Of a stretch of DNA of 64,000 nt, positions 41,775-51,251 are shown one piece after another. The position numbers and the translations under genes were made by a program. The notes under the pieces were generated by a model. That model had not been told where the DNA came from, did no database searches, and saw only the letters and a list, made by a program, of their open reading frames with translations. Source of the stretch: Promethearchaeota archaeon (GTDB lineage Archaea; Asgardarchaeota; Lokiarchaeia; Sigyniarchaeales; SOKP01); the NCBI GenBank assembly GCA_019057795.1, contig JAHLWS010000071.1, forward strand, positions 32,001-96,000. The letters are read 5' to 3'. Each line of letters opens with the position of its first letter. Position 1 is the stretch's first letter.

Positions 41775-42416
41775 TTACCCCTCCCTCAACCAGTTAGTTA
41801 CTATCTTTACGCCCTTAAATGCATTATCGGTATATGCGTCAGCTCCTACTTCTTTCATCCACATCTCATCAACGGGTAATCCTCCAATAATAATTTTTAC
41901 TTCCCCTCTCAATCCAGCCGATTTTAATGCTTCAGTTGTTTCTTTCATTGAATCAAGTGCTACTGTTAATAATCCGGAATAAGCAACTATATCTGCTTTA
42001 GTTTCTTTAACTTTATTAATAAATTTTTCGGCGGCTATATCAACTCCTAAATCATGAACTTCAAATCCTGCTGCTTGTAAAAGAGTTACAAAAATATTCT
42101 TCCCGATATCATGTACATCCCCTTTAACTGTTCCTATTACAACTACTCCCAAACTCTCACTCGTTTCGGATCCTTCTTTCATTGCCGTTTCAAGAATTTT
42201 AGCTGATTGCTGGAAAATTTCGCCGGACATAACTAGTTCGGTTAAAAAGTATTCTTTTTTATTAAATCTTTCTCCAACAATTTCTACTCCTTTGCGTAAT
42301 ATATCGATAATTTCCTTTGGATTGACTCCTTCGTCGAGAACTTTTTTTACAAGCGTATAAGATTTCTCTTCTTCTAATTCTGTAATTGCTTGAAGAAGTT
42401 CTTCTTTAGCACCCAT
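41775..42416 (-). CDS. Methyltransferase corrinoid (B12-binding) protein
   Basis: VGERF...EYFL.EL cap domain, GTVKGDVHDIGKN, DLGVD, IIGG. Confidence 0.92.
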   Translation of the reverse strand: MGAKEELLQAITELEEEKSYTLVKKVLDEGVNPKEIIDILRKGVEIVGERFNKKEYFLTELVMSGEIFQQSAKILETAMKEGSETSESLGVVVIGTVKGDVHDIGKNIFVTLLQAAGFEVHDLGVDIAAEKFINKVKETKADIVAYSGLLTVALDSMKETTEALKSAGLRGEVKIIIGGLPVDEMWMKEVGADAYTDNAFKGVKIVTNWLREG

Positions 42417-42571
42417 TATTTATTTTTACCTCCCATTTTCTTTTTCATAAAAGCAAAAATTAAACGCCTCATTGAAAATTTCTTACCATTTTTGCCCCAA
42501 AGAACTTTACCTATTGCTTCATACATTTCATCTTCATCGGCATAATTTGGTTTTTTTGAAAATTCTTCCAT
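42416..42571 (-). CDS. Unannotated 51-aa small protein leading the corrinoid operon
   Basis: GGAGGT SD plus ATG; MEEFSKKPNYADEDEMYEAIGKVLWGKNGKKFSMRRLIFAFMKKKMGGKNK; TAATG overlap with the next gene. Confidence 0.7.
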   Translation of the reverse strand: MEEFSKKPNYADEDEMYEAIGKVLWGKNGKKFSMRRLIFAFMKKKMGGKNK

Positions 42572-42719
42572 TTTAATACCTCCAAATTTCTAATTTTTTG
42601 ATTTTTATTCTGTCTTAAATTATATATATTTTAAATTTTTTAAAAATTTTTAAAATAAATCATTAATCTTTAAGATATCTTATCTTATCTTATCAGATTA
42701 TTGATTTTCTTGGTATGAA

Positions 42720-42941
42720 TTACTTCTCTTTTTTCTTTCCCGCTATTTTGATATACATTAATACTCCCATAAAACCTCCCATAAATCCACTAATTAAACC
42801 ACTAATAGCATGATTTATTCCATTTATTAAATTATCTGTTGGAAATGGTATTACGAAAAAATTCATGAGGAAGCTCATTATAACTCCCATAATAGCTCCA
42901 ATTATTCCAGCTTTTAATGATTCCTTGACATTATTATTCAA
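42720..42941 (-). CDS. Small Gly-rich 2-TM membrane protein
   Basis: AGGAGG SD plus TTG start; GxxxG-rich helices. Confidence 0.7.
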   Translation of the reverse strand: MNNNVKESLKAGIIGAIMGVIMSFLMNFFVIPFPTDNLINGINHAISGLISGFMGGFMGVLMYIKIAGKKKEK

Positions 42942-43083
42942 GATAGTATCCTCCTTATTTTTAATCTGTGTTTATTTATTATATTTTATTTATTTATTTG
43001 TTATTATAATTTTTATTCGTTCTTGAAACATATAAACTTTAAAGAAAAAAACATTATCGAATTAAATAATATTTTAATTTGCA

Positions 43084-44235
43084 TTGATAAAAATGTCAGA
43101 AGAAAAATATAGAAAAGCAGCAAATATAATCATAAAAGCAGGCTCGCTCCCTTTCCCGGTTAACGACACGTTGATTGAAATTTTAAAACTACTCCTTTCA
43201 GAGGAGGAATTAGAATTTATCAACGCTTTTCGTAGAAAAACCTCTCAGACGATGGAGCAGTTAATAAAGAGTAGTAAGCTGTCGGAAGCTCAAATTTTAG
43301 CGTTTATTAATCCTTTAGCTAAAAAAGGATTTATTTTTAATCAGCCGAGCTCAAAAGGTTTAATGGTCTATAGATTAATGCCAATAGTAATGGTCGGCGT
43401 TTTCGAATATATTTTTATGAAAAAAATCGAATTTTCTGAAACCGAAAAGAAAATAGCAAAAATGTTTGAAGTCTATTTTGACGAAGTAGCGGATTTTATT
43501 CAAGAAAATTACGATATGGTCTTACCCGTTTTTGAAAAAATGCTTCCGATAGATAGAACCTTGCCGAATCTAAACAAAAGCGTTCAAGGAGCTGAAATAG
43601 ACATCTCCATCAATGAAGCTATAGATGTTCCTGAAGAAATAGTTTTGCCAATTCAAAAAGTCGAGGAAATCATTGAGAAATATGATGTTATCGCAGTAGG
43701 GCATTGTTTTTGTAGACACCACAGAGATTTACTAGGAAAACCATGTAAGCAAACAGACCTTAGAGAAAACTGCTTTACTTTCGGCAAATCGGCAAAATAT
43801 GTGACTGAACAAGGTTTTGCTCGTTTAGTATCAAAAGAAGAAGCGCTAAAAATAATGAAAGCGTCTGAGGAGAATGGACTAGTGCATAAAGCCTTTCATC
43901 CACATTCCGATATAAAAAAAGACGAGACTAGCATATGTAATTGCTGTAACGATTGTTGTGGGACAATAGAATGGTGGAAAATGGGGCTAGCCGCTATGAT
44001 TAATTCGACCAATTATCTAGCACAAGTAAACGAAGATTTATGTGTGGGATGTGGAACATGTGTAGAATATTGCTCTGTAGATGCCATTAAATTGGACGAT
44101 AACAATATCGCACGAGTTATATCCGAATTTTGTATTGGATGTGGAGTTTGCTCTCATTTTTGTCCAGAAAACGCAATTTCGCTTTTAGAAGGTATGAGGA
44201 AAGTCTTTGTACCTCCGCCTAGGTTGAGAAAATAA
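43084..44235 (+). CDS. 4Fe-4S ferredoxin-domain protein with N-terminal HTH-like region
   Basis: CFCR, GLVH, ICNCCNDCC, and two C-terminal CxxCxxCxxxC ferredoxin motifs. Confidence 0.85.
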   Translation: MIKMSEEKYRKAANIIIKAGSLPFPVNDTLIEILKLLLSEEELEFINAFRRKTSQTMEQLIKSSKLSEAQILAFINPLAKKGFIFNQPSSKGLMVYRLMPIVMVGVFEYIFMKKIEFSETEKKIAKMFEVYFDEVADFIQENYDMVLPVFEKMLPIDRTLPNLNKSVQGAEIDISINEAIDVPEEIVLPIQKVEEIIEKYDVIAVGHCFCRHHRDLLGKPCKQTDLRENCFTFGKSAKYVTEQGFARLVSKEEALKIMKASEENGLVHKAFHPHSDIKKDETSICNCCNDCCGTIEWWKMGLAAMINSTNYLAQVNEDLCVGCGTCVEYCSVDAIKLDDNNIARVISEFCIGCGVCSHFCPENAISLLEGMRKVFVPPPRLRK

Positions 44236-44272
44236 ACTTTTATAACTTTAGCGCCAAAAATTTTTATTATTA

Positions 44273-45016
44273 TTATCCTTTAATTTTTTGCTTGAATATC
44301 TCTATTGTATCTGAAATTTCAGTTAATCTTATTGAAAACTCTTTTGGTTTCAATTTCTTTAAATTTTCAAAATTTTCAATAATTTCTCTTAATTCATCAA
44401 TCCAAACTTTCATAAGCAATTCGCTTTCTTTTCCTTGAATTAGTTTCCTTAAAGCTTTGGTTATTGAGGTATTAATTTTATCCATGAGTTTTTTTTCATT
44501 TACCGTGTATGATATCCTCAAAACATCTTGTTGGGTTTTAAGAGTTTCAACATCTTCTTTCATTTGAGATTTATTTTTTAGTAGTTGCTGGTTAAGTTTA
44601 TTAATCTTATCCACGATGATTTCTTCTTGTGTTTTAATAGTTTGCTCCATCCTTTCTAGATTAAACGAGATATCCTTTTTTATTGCTGAAATCTCTTCTT
44701 TTGCAGATTGCTCCATCCGTTCTAGATTAAACGAGATATCCTTTTTCATTACTGAAATCTCTTTTTTTGCAGATTTTATAGATGTTTCTAATTTAGTCAT
44801 TTGATCCGTTAACTTTTGAATAGTTTCAGAGTTTTTTTTTATCGAATCTATTTTATCTTGAACTTTATCAAATCGTTCTTCTAAATTTTTTACTTTTTTT
44901 GGCACGCTTTTTAACGAATCGATTGCGTTGTTTAATTTTTTTGTTTGCTCAATTAAATTTTGAAAATCCTTAGGGGAAATTTCTTCTAGTTCATCTTTTT
45001 TAGGAATTTTGACCAC
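44273..45016 (-). CDS. Long coiled-coil protein
   Basis: K/E-rich heptad pattern throughout; internal 22-aa duplication. Confidence 0.8.
   Translation of the reverse strand: MVKIPKKDELEEISPKDFQNLIEQTKKLNNAIDSLKSVPKKVKNLEERFDKVQDKIDSIKKNSETIQKLTDQMTKLETSIKSAKKEISVMKKDISFNLERMEQSAKEEISAIKKDISFNLERMEQTIKTQEEIIVDKINKLNQQLLKNKSQMKEDVETLKTQQDVLRISYTVNEKKLMDKINTSITKALRKLIQGKESELLMKVWIDELREIIENFENLKKLKPKEFSIRLTEISDTIEIFKQKIKG
44642..44773. repeat. 66-bp tandem duplication (2 copies, about 4 mismatches)
   Basis: Encodes SAKKEISVMKKDISFNLERMEQ / SAKEEISAIKKDISFNLERMEQ. Confidence 0.9.
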
Positions 45017-46013
45017 CTTTTATATCTTTTTCAGCTTTTTTTTTACTAACTTCTTCGATTGCTTGTAGCTCTAATATTGAGTCTAGTTTTAATTCGAAAT
45101 CTTTTTTAAAATTTGTTAGCTCATCTAAGGTTTTATCGATATTAACGATAAGCGAATCAATTGGACTTTTTTTTAGATTATTAATAATATCTGAAATCAT
45201 CGCTATGTTATTACCGAACGCATTAACAATATTTTCCTTAATTTCGTTAATATCGATGCCGCTTTCGTTAATCTTTTTAAGATCAATGATTTCTTTAAGA
45301 GTGACAATATCATTCTCAGAAGATTTTATAATTTTTTTTATAATTTTTGGAGTTATAATTCTATGAAGCTTACTTGAATCGATTTCTTCTAAATTAATAA
45401 TTAATTGTTGAAATTCTTCCTCTTTTTTCTTAATTAAATCAAGAAATTGCTTATAAACTCTTTTAAATTGTAAGTCATTACTTTATTCTTCTAGTTTTCT
45501 TAAAAAGTCTAATACGACCAAAGAAAATACCTCAGAAATATTATCTTGAGATTTCGCTGATATGAAAATAATGGGATAACCTTCGATATGGTATTGGCGA
45601 ATGATATTTAAGAGAATTTCAAATTCTTCTGGTTTTATCAAATCTGATTTGTTTCCTATTAAATAGATGGTACATTCAGGAGAAAAATTAGATAAATTTT
45701 TTAGATATGTTTTTTTGATTTCTTGTAATGTTTCTTTAGGATTATTTAAGTCAAAAATCAAAAAAACGGCGTCTAAATTACTGAAAAATACTGGATTCAA
45801 CGGATTAAAACTTCGTTGCCCCCCGATATCCCATATATTCAATCTAATATGAATATTTTCTAACTTATACTCCTTTCTGGCAATATTTGACCCTATGGTT
45901 GGGATATACATCGAGGGAAAATCTTTACCTACAAAAGCATTCACTACTGAGGTTTTACCAAACCCCCAAAGTCCCAATATAGTGAGTTTGATGTTTATCT
46001 CAGAGACAATCAT
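45000..46013 (-). pseudogene. Rab-like small GTPase fused to a helical domain, split by one in-frame TAA at 45483-45485
   Basis: G1 GLWGFGKT, G2 YIPTIG, G3 DIGGQ, G4 NKSD, G5 SAK; the same frame stays open after the TAA to 45000. Confidence 0.75.
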
Positions 46014-46101
46014 AATTGCTCACTTGATAAAAAATATTTAATTTAACAATTTAATAGAATATAACAAGAGATTTATTTAAATATGCTCTATCTAAAAATG
46101 C

Positions 46102-46686
46102 TCATTTATTACTTTTTACTGAAAACCTTTTAATAGCGTAGACAATTCGTTGAATTGCTGTAATATTAGTTCCAATGGCAAGAAAAACCATGGTCCACCA
46201 GATAGCGGTGGGAAACCAGATTTGCAAAATCGAACCTATTAAAATAATTGGCACTCTATCCGTTCTCTCCAATAACCCCACGCCGTATAAGTTTGGTACG
46301 CCTAAGGCTTCAATTTTAGCTCTGGTATAAGAAGTCAAAAAAGCTCCAACAAGCGTTATAAACCCAATATATACCTCGGTATAGCCCCCGAGTATGATTC
46401 CAAAAAAAAGTAGAAAATCTCCAATTCGGTCTAATGTAGAATCTAAAAACGCCCCTAAAGTTGTTGGTCCTTGAAGTCGAGCAATTACCCCATCTAACTG
46501 ATCAAATAATTCGACAAGAAATAAACAAATTATAATAATAATTAAATTTTGGAAGATAAATCCAAAAAAGGCTAATAATGAAAAGAAAAGTCCTAAGGAT
46601 GTTATTACATTTGCCGGTATTTTGGTTAACTTTTTAGCCAGAGGGAGCAATAGTTTTTCTGAGAATTTCTTAACTCGTAATAACAT
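46102..46686 (-). CDS. CDP-alcohol phosphatidyltransferase (archaetidylinositol-phosphate synthase-like)
   Basis: DxxDGxxAR...GAFLDSTLDRIGD, SYTRAK.E. Confidence 0.92.
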   Translation of the reverse strand: MLLRVKKFSEKLLLPLAKKLTKIPANVITSLGLFFSLLAFFGFIFQNLIIIIICLFLVELFDQLDGVIARLQGPTTLGAFLDSTLDRIGDFLLFFGIILGGYTEVYIGFITLVGAFLTSYTRAKIEALGVPNLYGVGLLERTDRVPIILIGSILQIWFPTAIWWTMVFLAIGTNITAIQRIVYAIKRFSVKSNK

Positions 46687-46801
46687 CTTATTTTACACCA
46701 ATGTAATTAAAGAATTGTATTATTTTTTAATTAAAAGATTTATGGTAATTTATAATTAATTAGCCCTTAAAATCATGAATAAAAAATTAAAGAAAAAGAA
46801 A

Positions 46802-48295
46802 TTAGAATCCATAAATAGGATAAAACTTCTTCTCAATATATTCTATAAAGTAACTGGGATTTAAATCCTCCCCGGTAATTCTTTTAATTAATTCGTTTGC
46901 GGGATAGATTTTTCCATGCTGGTGCACATTTTCTCGCAAATAAGTTAATAAGTTTGAAAAGTTTCCTTTTTCATATTCGTCGGGTAAGGACGGATTCTTT
47001 TTAAGAGCGTCCCTATAAATCTGGGCGCCATATAAATTTCCTAAGAAATAAGTTGGGAAATATCCAAAATATCCAGAACTCCAATGTACATCTTGCAAGA
47101 CACCATCAGCATCGCTTGGTGGAGTGATCCCTAAAAATTCTTCCATTTTTTCGTTCCATAACTCTGGTAGCTCGTCAACCTGTACTTTTCCTTCTATAAT
47201 GTCTTTTTCCATTTCAAATCTGAGAATAACGTGCATACCATAAGTAACTTCATCGGCATCCACACGAATCAACGAAGGTTGCACCGTATTTATACTGCGA
47301 TGAAAGTCTTCTATTGATTTCTTCTTTAAGTTTTTTGGAAAGCTTTTTTGCAGTTTTGGATACCAGAATTTCCAAAACTCTTTACTGCGTCCAACCATGT
47401 TTTCCCACATGCGAGATTGACTTTCGTGGATACCCATCGAACATCCATCTGCCAAAATAGTGTCGTGAATTTTTTCCATAAATCCCATTTGATAAAGACC
47501 GTGTCCACATTCGTGAATAGTTCCAAAAAGGCATGTTGAGAAGAAATCTTCATTTATTCGTGTAGTAATTCGCGTATCTGTAGACGATAGAGATGTTGTA
47601 AAGGGATGTACCGATTTATCTTGACGACCATGTTCGAGATCAAAATTTAGTTTTTTCATAACCTCAATACTAAATTTCCACTGTTCATCCGAATTCCATT
47701 TTTGCATGAGAATTGAAAAATCAGGTTTATCGCTTGAAGAGTCCAATTTTTTAATAATTTTGATGAGTTTCGGTCTTGATTCATTAAAAATGTTAGCAAT
47801 CCAATCGTATGTTGCACCTGGTTCGTAAAGATCAATTAGAGTAGAATATGGGTCGGGGTGCGTTGCTAATTTATTAGCGACTTCAATTTGCAGACCAATC
47901 ATCTTTTCTAAAAGCGGTTTAAAAATTGAAAAGTCATCTTTTTTCCTTGCTTCCACCCATTTAATATGACCAAGAGAAGCAGTTTTTGCGATCTCTTCCA
48001 CTAATTCGGTTGGTAATTTAACTTCCAGCTCGTATGCCCTTTTGGCTTCGCGTAAAGTGGCAGCATCAATTATATTTAAATCAGTTAGTTTCTCAGCTTT
48101 TTTTATTAACACTCCAATTTTATCTGAAATTAATCTTTCGTGCACAATTTTACTCATGAGTGCATTTTGCGCAGCTCTTCCCTCAAATGATCCGTGAGGC
48201 AAATTAACTTGCTCATCCCACCCTAATAAAGCACGGATATAATTAAGACGAGTTATTTCGGAAAATTGTTTTTTAAGTTCTTCTATAGGATTCAT
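46802..48295 (-). CDS. Carboxypeptidase, M32 (Taq) family
   Basis: HPF, HECGH, HESQSR, IRVDADE, QDVHW, GYFPTY. Confidence 0.95.
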   Translation of the reverse strand: MNPIEELKKQFSEITRLNYIRALLGWDEQVNLPHGSFEGRAAQNALMSKIVHERLISDKIGVLIKKAEKLTDLNIIDAATLREAKRAYELEVKLPTELVEEIAKTASLGHIKWVEARKKDDFSIFKPLLEKMIGLQIEVANKLATHPDPYSTLIDLYEPGATYDWIANIFNESRPKLIKIIKKLDSSSDKPDFSILMQKWNSDEQWKFSIEVMKKLNFDLEHGRQDKSVHPFTTSLSSTDTRITTRINEDFFSTCLFGTIHECGHGLYQMGFMEKIHDTILADGCSMGIHESQSRMWENMVGRSKEFWKFWYPKLQKSFPKNLKKKSIEDFHRSINTVQPSLIRVDADEVTYGMHVILRFEMEKDIIEGKVQVDELPELWNEKMEEFLGITPPSDADGVLQDVHWSSGYFGYFPTYFLGNLYGAQIYRDALKKNPSLPDEYEKGNFSNLLTYLRENVHQHGKIYPANELIKRITGEDLNPSYFIEYIEKKFYPIYGF

Positions 48296-48501
48296 CTTAG
48301 ATAAGTTAGTTTAATATATTTTTAAATTTGATATATACAACTTAAATTAATGTAAACAAAAAAAAATTTCTTTTTTATCAAAAAAATAATATTTTAAGAG
48401 TTCAGAATCTTATTAATTAAAGTTAACATGAAAAATCAGTTTTTTACGATTTATCCAAAAATTTCTTTTACATTTAAAGCTCAAAATTTAATAAATAACA
48501 C

Positions 48502-50013
48502 CTATGAAGAGTCGTGTTTCACAAATATTTCAGCTGCTAACTCGACATCCTCTATAGTTAGAGGTCTCGCCATGGTCCTCTGCAGCTCAGTTATCAATTG
48601 TAAGCATAACTTTAAACTTAGCGAACTTCCTTTCTTTTCGATTGTCTTTTGAAGCGTGCTTGATAATTCCTCACCAATCTTTCTCTCTTCAAGTATAGGT
48701 CGTTTTTCTTCAGGAATAACCAAGTTTATATCAAGCGTAATATCTTCTTTATCCAATTCAGCTTCTTTTGTCTCAACCGTAGAATCAGATTTTGAAAATA
48801 ACATTAAATCCTCAGCTTTTTTCTCTATTTTTTGCGATGTTTGAGCTCTGTAAGTAGTTTTTGGTACTTCTGTTGATGGTGGCGCTTTTACTTCTGATTT
48901 TCTTGAAGGTAAAGGTTGTACTTTAATACTTTTAGAGAACTTAATTTTTCCAGGGATTTCAAATTTCATTTCCATATCTGCTTTTTTCCTTAGTTCAGCT
49001 TGCTCGGCTACTTTTTTCTGTAAATCATCTAAATTTTTTTTGAGCTTATTTATATAAGTAAAGTCTTGATAGTTGTTACATATTTTTATCAATTCCTTAT
49101 ACTTGGAAACAGCGAGTATTAAGTTTCCCTCTCTTTCTATGTTTTTAGTTTCATTCAATAATTCTGTAAAATTATGAGGTAAAAGTTTTTTTAAACTCAA
49201 CATTTTAGCAATTAAGGATTTAATTTTTTCTTTAGTGTTCGCTTCGATTAAAGAAATTTCTTCAAAATGTGGAATATCTAATTCGTTCTTTATGAGTTTA
49301 ATATCTTCATCTTCAACTAAGTCGCGATGACTTCCGAGAATCAGTAATCTTGAAAATTTACTTTCTTGCTTTTGCAAGTTTAGGAAGTGATCAATCACTC
49401 TTATGTGGTAATTTGATAAATTAAATAGTAGGATGACCAAATCGGAGCCTTTTATAAATTTTGACCACATAAGCGAGAAGTTATCTTTAAGCGCAAAATC
49501 CCAAATATCAAATTTTAGGTTGTCAACTATATACACAGAAGTTTTAGCAAATTTCATGATTGCGCGCTCGTCATCGCTTTTCAACATGGTATAAAGCATA
49601 GTTTTTCCTGAATTAGTTGGACCTATTATTGTAATTTTTGAGTGTAGTTCGTATTGCTGTTCTCTCAAAAAATCTACAAATTCCCGCTTAACATCACTTG
49701 AATTTTTTATGTCTATCGGGTTTGGGAACAACTCTTTAAACTTTTTAGTCGTATTCTCTATCGTTGGACCAATATAGTCAAGACTATCAACCAAGTCGGT
49801 TATAAATAAAAATAATACATTCCCCTCTGATTTGTGAAATATTTGAAAATGCTCTGATACCGGCCGATGAAATATTTTACCGGGTATTGGCATTTCGATG
49901 TAGGACTGAATAATCTTTGTTACATTATTCAACTCAGCTTCTGCTAAAGCTAAAGCGTATGTGTGATTGTAGACGCAATCCCCTTGAACAAATATGTGAA
50001 TTTGTCTCAGCAT
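48502..50013 (-). CDS. Longin-like domain + degenerate small-GTPase domain + helical C-terminus
   Basis: N-terminal longin-like pattern; GPTNSGKT P-loop; FDIWDF; G3 glycine and NKxD are degenerate. Confidence 0.7.
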   Translation of the reverse strand: MLRQIHIFVQGDCVYNHTYALALAEAELNNVTKIIQSYIEMPIPGKIFHRPVSEHFQIFHKSEGNVLFLFITDLVDSLDYIGPTIENTTKKFKELFPNPIDIKNSSDVKREFVDFLREQQYELHSKITIIGPTNSGKTMLYTMLKSDDERAIMKFAKTSVYIVDNLKFDIWDFALKDNFSLMWSKFIKGSDLVILLFNLSNYHIRVIDHFLNLQKQESKFSRLLILGSHRDLVEDEDIKLIKNELDIPHFEEISLIEANTKEKIKSLIAKMLSLKKLLPHNFTELLNETKNIEREGNLILAVSKYKELIKICNNYQDFTYINKLKKNLDDLQKKVAEQAELRKKADMEMKFEIPGKIKFSKSIKVQPLPSRKSEVKAPPSTEVPKTTYRAQTSQKIEKKAEDLMLFSKSDSTVETKEAELDKEDITLDINLVIPEEKRPILEERKIGEELSSTLQKTIEKKGSSLSLKLCLQLITELQRTMARPLTIEDVELAAEIFVKHDSS

Positions 50014-50211
50014 TTTCTTTTAAAAAAACTTTTTTTTAAGGAATTCTTTTTATCAACCTTAATAATTATTAAGATGAAACTTCTAATATAGTTTACATTA
50101 CATTCAATATTTCTAAAAATGAAAAGTGATATACAGATTTTTTCAAAAAATTTAACTTTTTCTTTTCATTTTATATATTAATTGCAATTTCAATAATTTA
50201 AAATCTCGATA

Positions 50212-51216
50212 ATGCCTTTGGAACAAAATCACATAGCAAATTTTTTCAAGGATTATTCAAATCCTAGACATAAATCTGAGTTATTCAATCTTCTTAGAGA
50301 TAGGATTGAGAACTTATGCGAGATTTGTTCAAAGGATCGTATCCGAAATGTACTTAACCCAATGTGTTATCATCGCTTTTTACTTGCGCTAAGGCTCTTG
50401 AATGGGTTAGGAATTGAAGACCAACCCGAATTTTGTTATGGAGTTCACAAAGATATAGTTTTTCGAGATTTTAGGAATAAAACGGTAATATACAAGCCAA
50501 ACGATGCGTATTTATATTTAATAGATTTCTTTGATGTTTTTTTTCACGGCGATTATAGAAAACTCAATAAATTCTTTTCTAAAAAAGATTTCAAAGATGC
50601 TAATAAGATTTTTGACGATAGGATAAATAATAGAGATGAACACTTTCAATATCTGTTAACCGATGAAAAAGGTTTTATGGTATTCAAGTACGGAGAGAAG
50701 ATTCATGTTGCTTTTATTAAGGAGAATTACGCTCTCTGCAACGCTAATCGAGAAAATATAACAGATTTAGAACTGTTATTCGGATTATGTAAACTCTTCG
50801 CACGAATTTATTTTCCAGAAATAAAGTTAAAATTAATTCCAAACAACTGTATTGAGATTAAAACCATTATTCCTAAAGAGATACTTTTAAAAATTAGCTC
50901 TACAGAACCTACAGAAGAAGATTCTAAACGAGATAAATACATATGGAATGTTTTCCCTAGCGAGCTTGATACTTTAAGTCAATTTTCTAAAGAAATAAAC
51001 ATATATTTAGATAAAAAGAAAAATTTGGCAATAAGGCTATATATTGGTATAGAATCAGAGGCCATGCTCAATCGCTCTAAACGCGTTATATTACGCTATC
51101 GAGATTTGAGATTAATATTTAACATTATCTATCGGTTGTACAATGATTTTTACATACTAAATATTTCGTCTATGACGGATAGTACACCTCTGAAAAAGGA
51201 TTTGATTGGAGTATAA
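50212..51216 (+). CDS. Hypothetical protein
   Basis: 334 aa ORF with an N-terminal Cys cluster. Confidence 0.7.
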   Translation: MPLEQNHIANFFKDYSNPRHKSELFNLLRDRIENLCEICSKDRIRNVLNPMCYHRFLLALRLLNGLGIEDQPEFCYGVHKDIVFRDFRNKTVIYKPNDAYLYLIDFFDVFFHGDYRKLNKFFSKKDFKDANKIFDDRINNRDEHFQYLLTDEKGFMVFKYGEKIHVAFIKENYALCNANRENITDLELLFGLCKLFARIYFPEIKLKLIPNNCIEIKTIIPKEILLKISSTEPTEEDSKRDKYIWNVFPSELDTLSQFSKEINIYLDKKKNLAIRLYIGIESEAMLNRSKRVILRYRDLRLIFNIIYRLYNDFYILNISSMTDSTPLKKDLIGV

Positions 51217-51251
51217 AAATTATATAGGTTGAAAAACTAAATAGTTATAAG

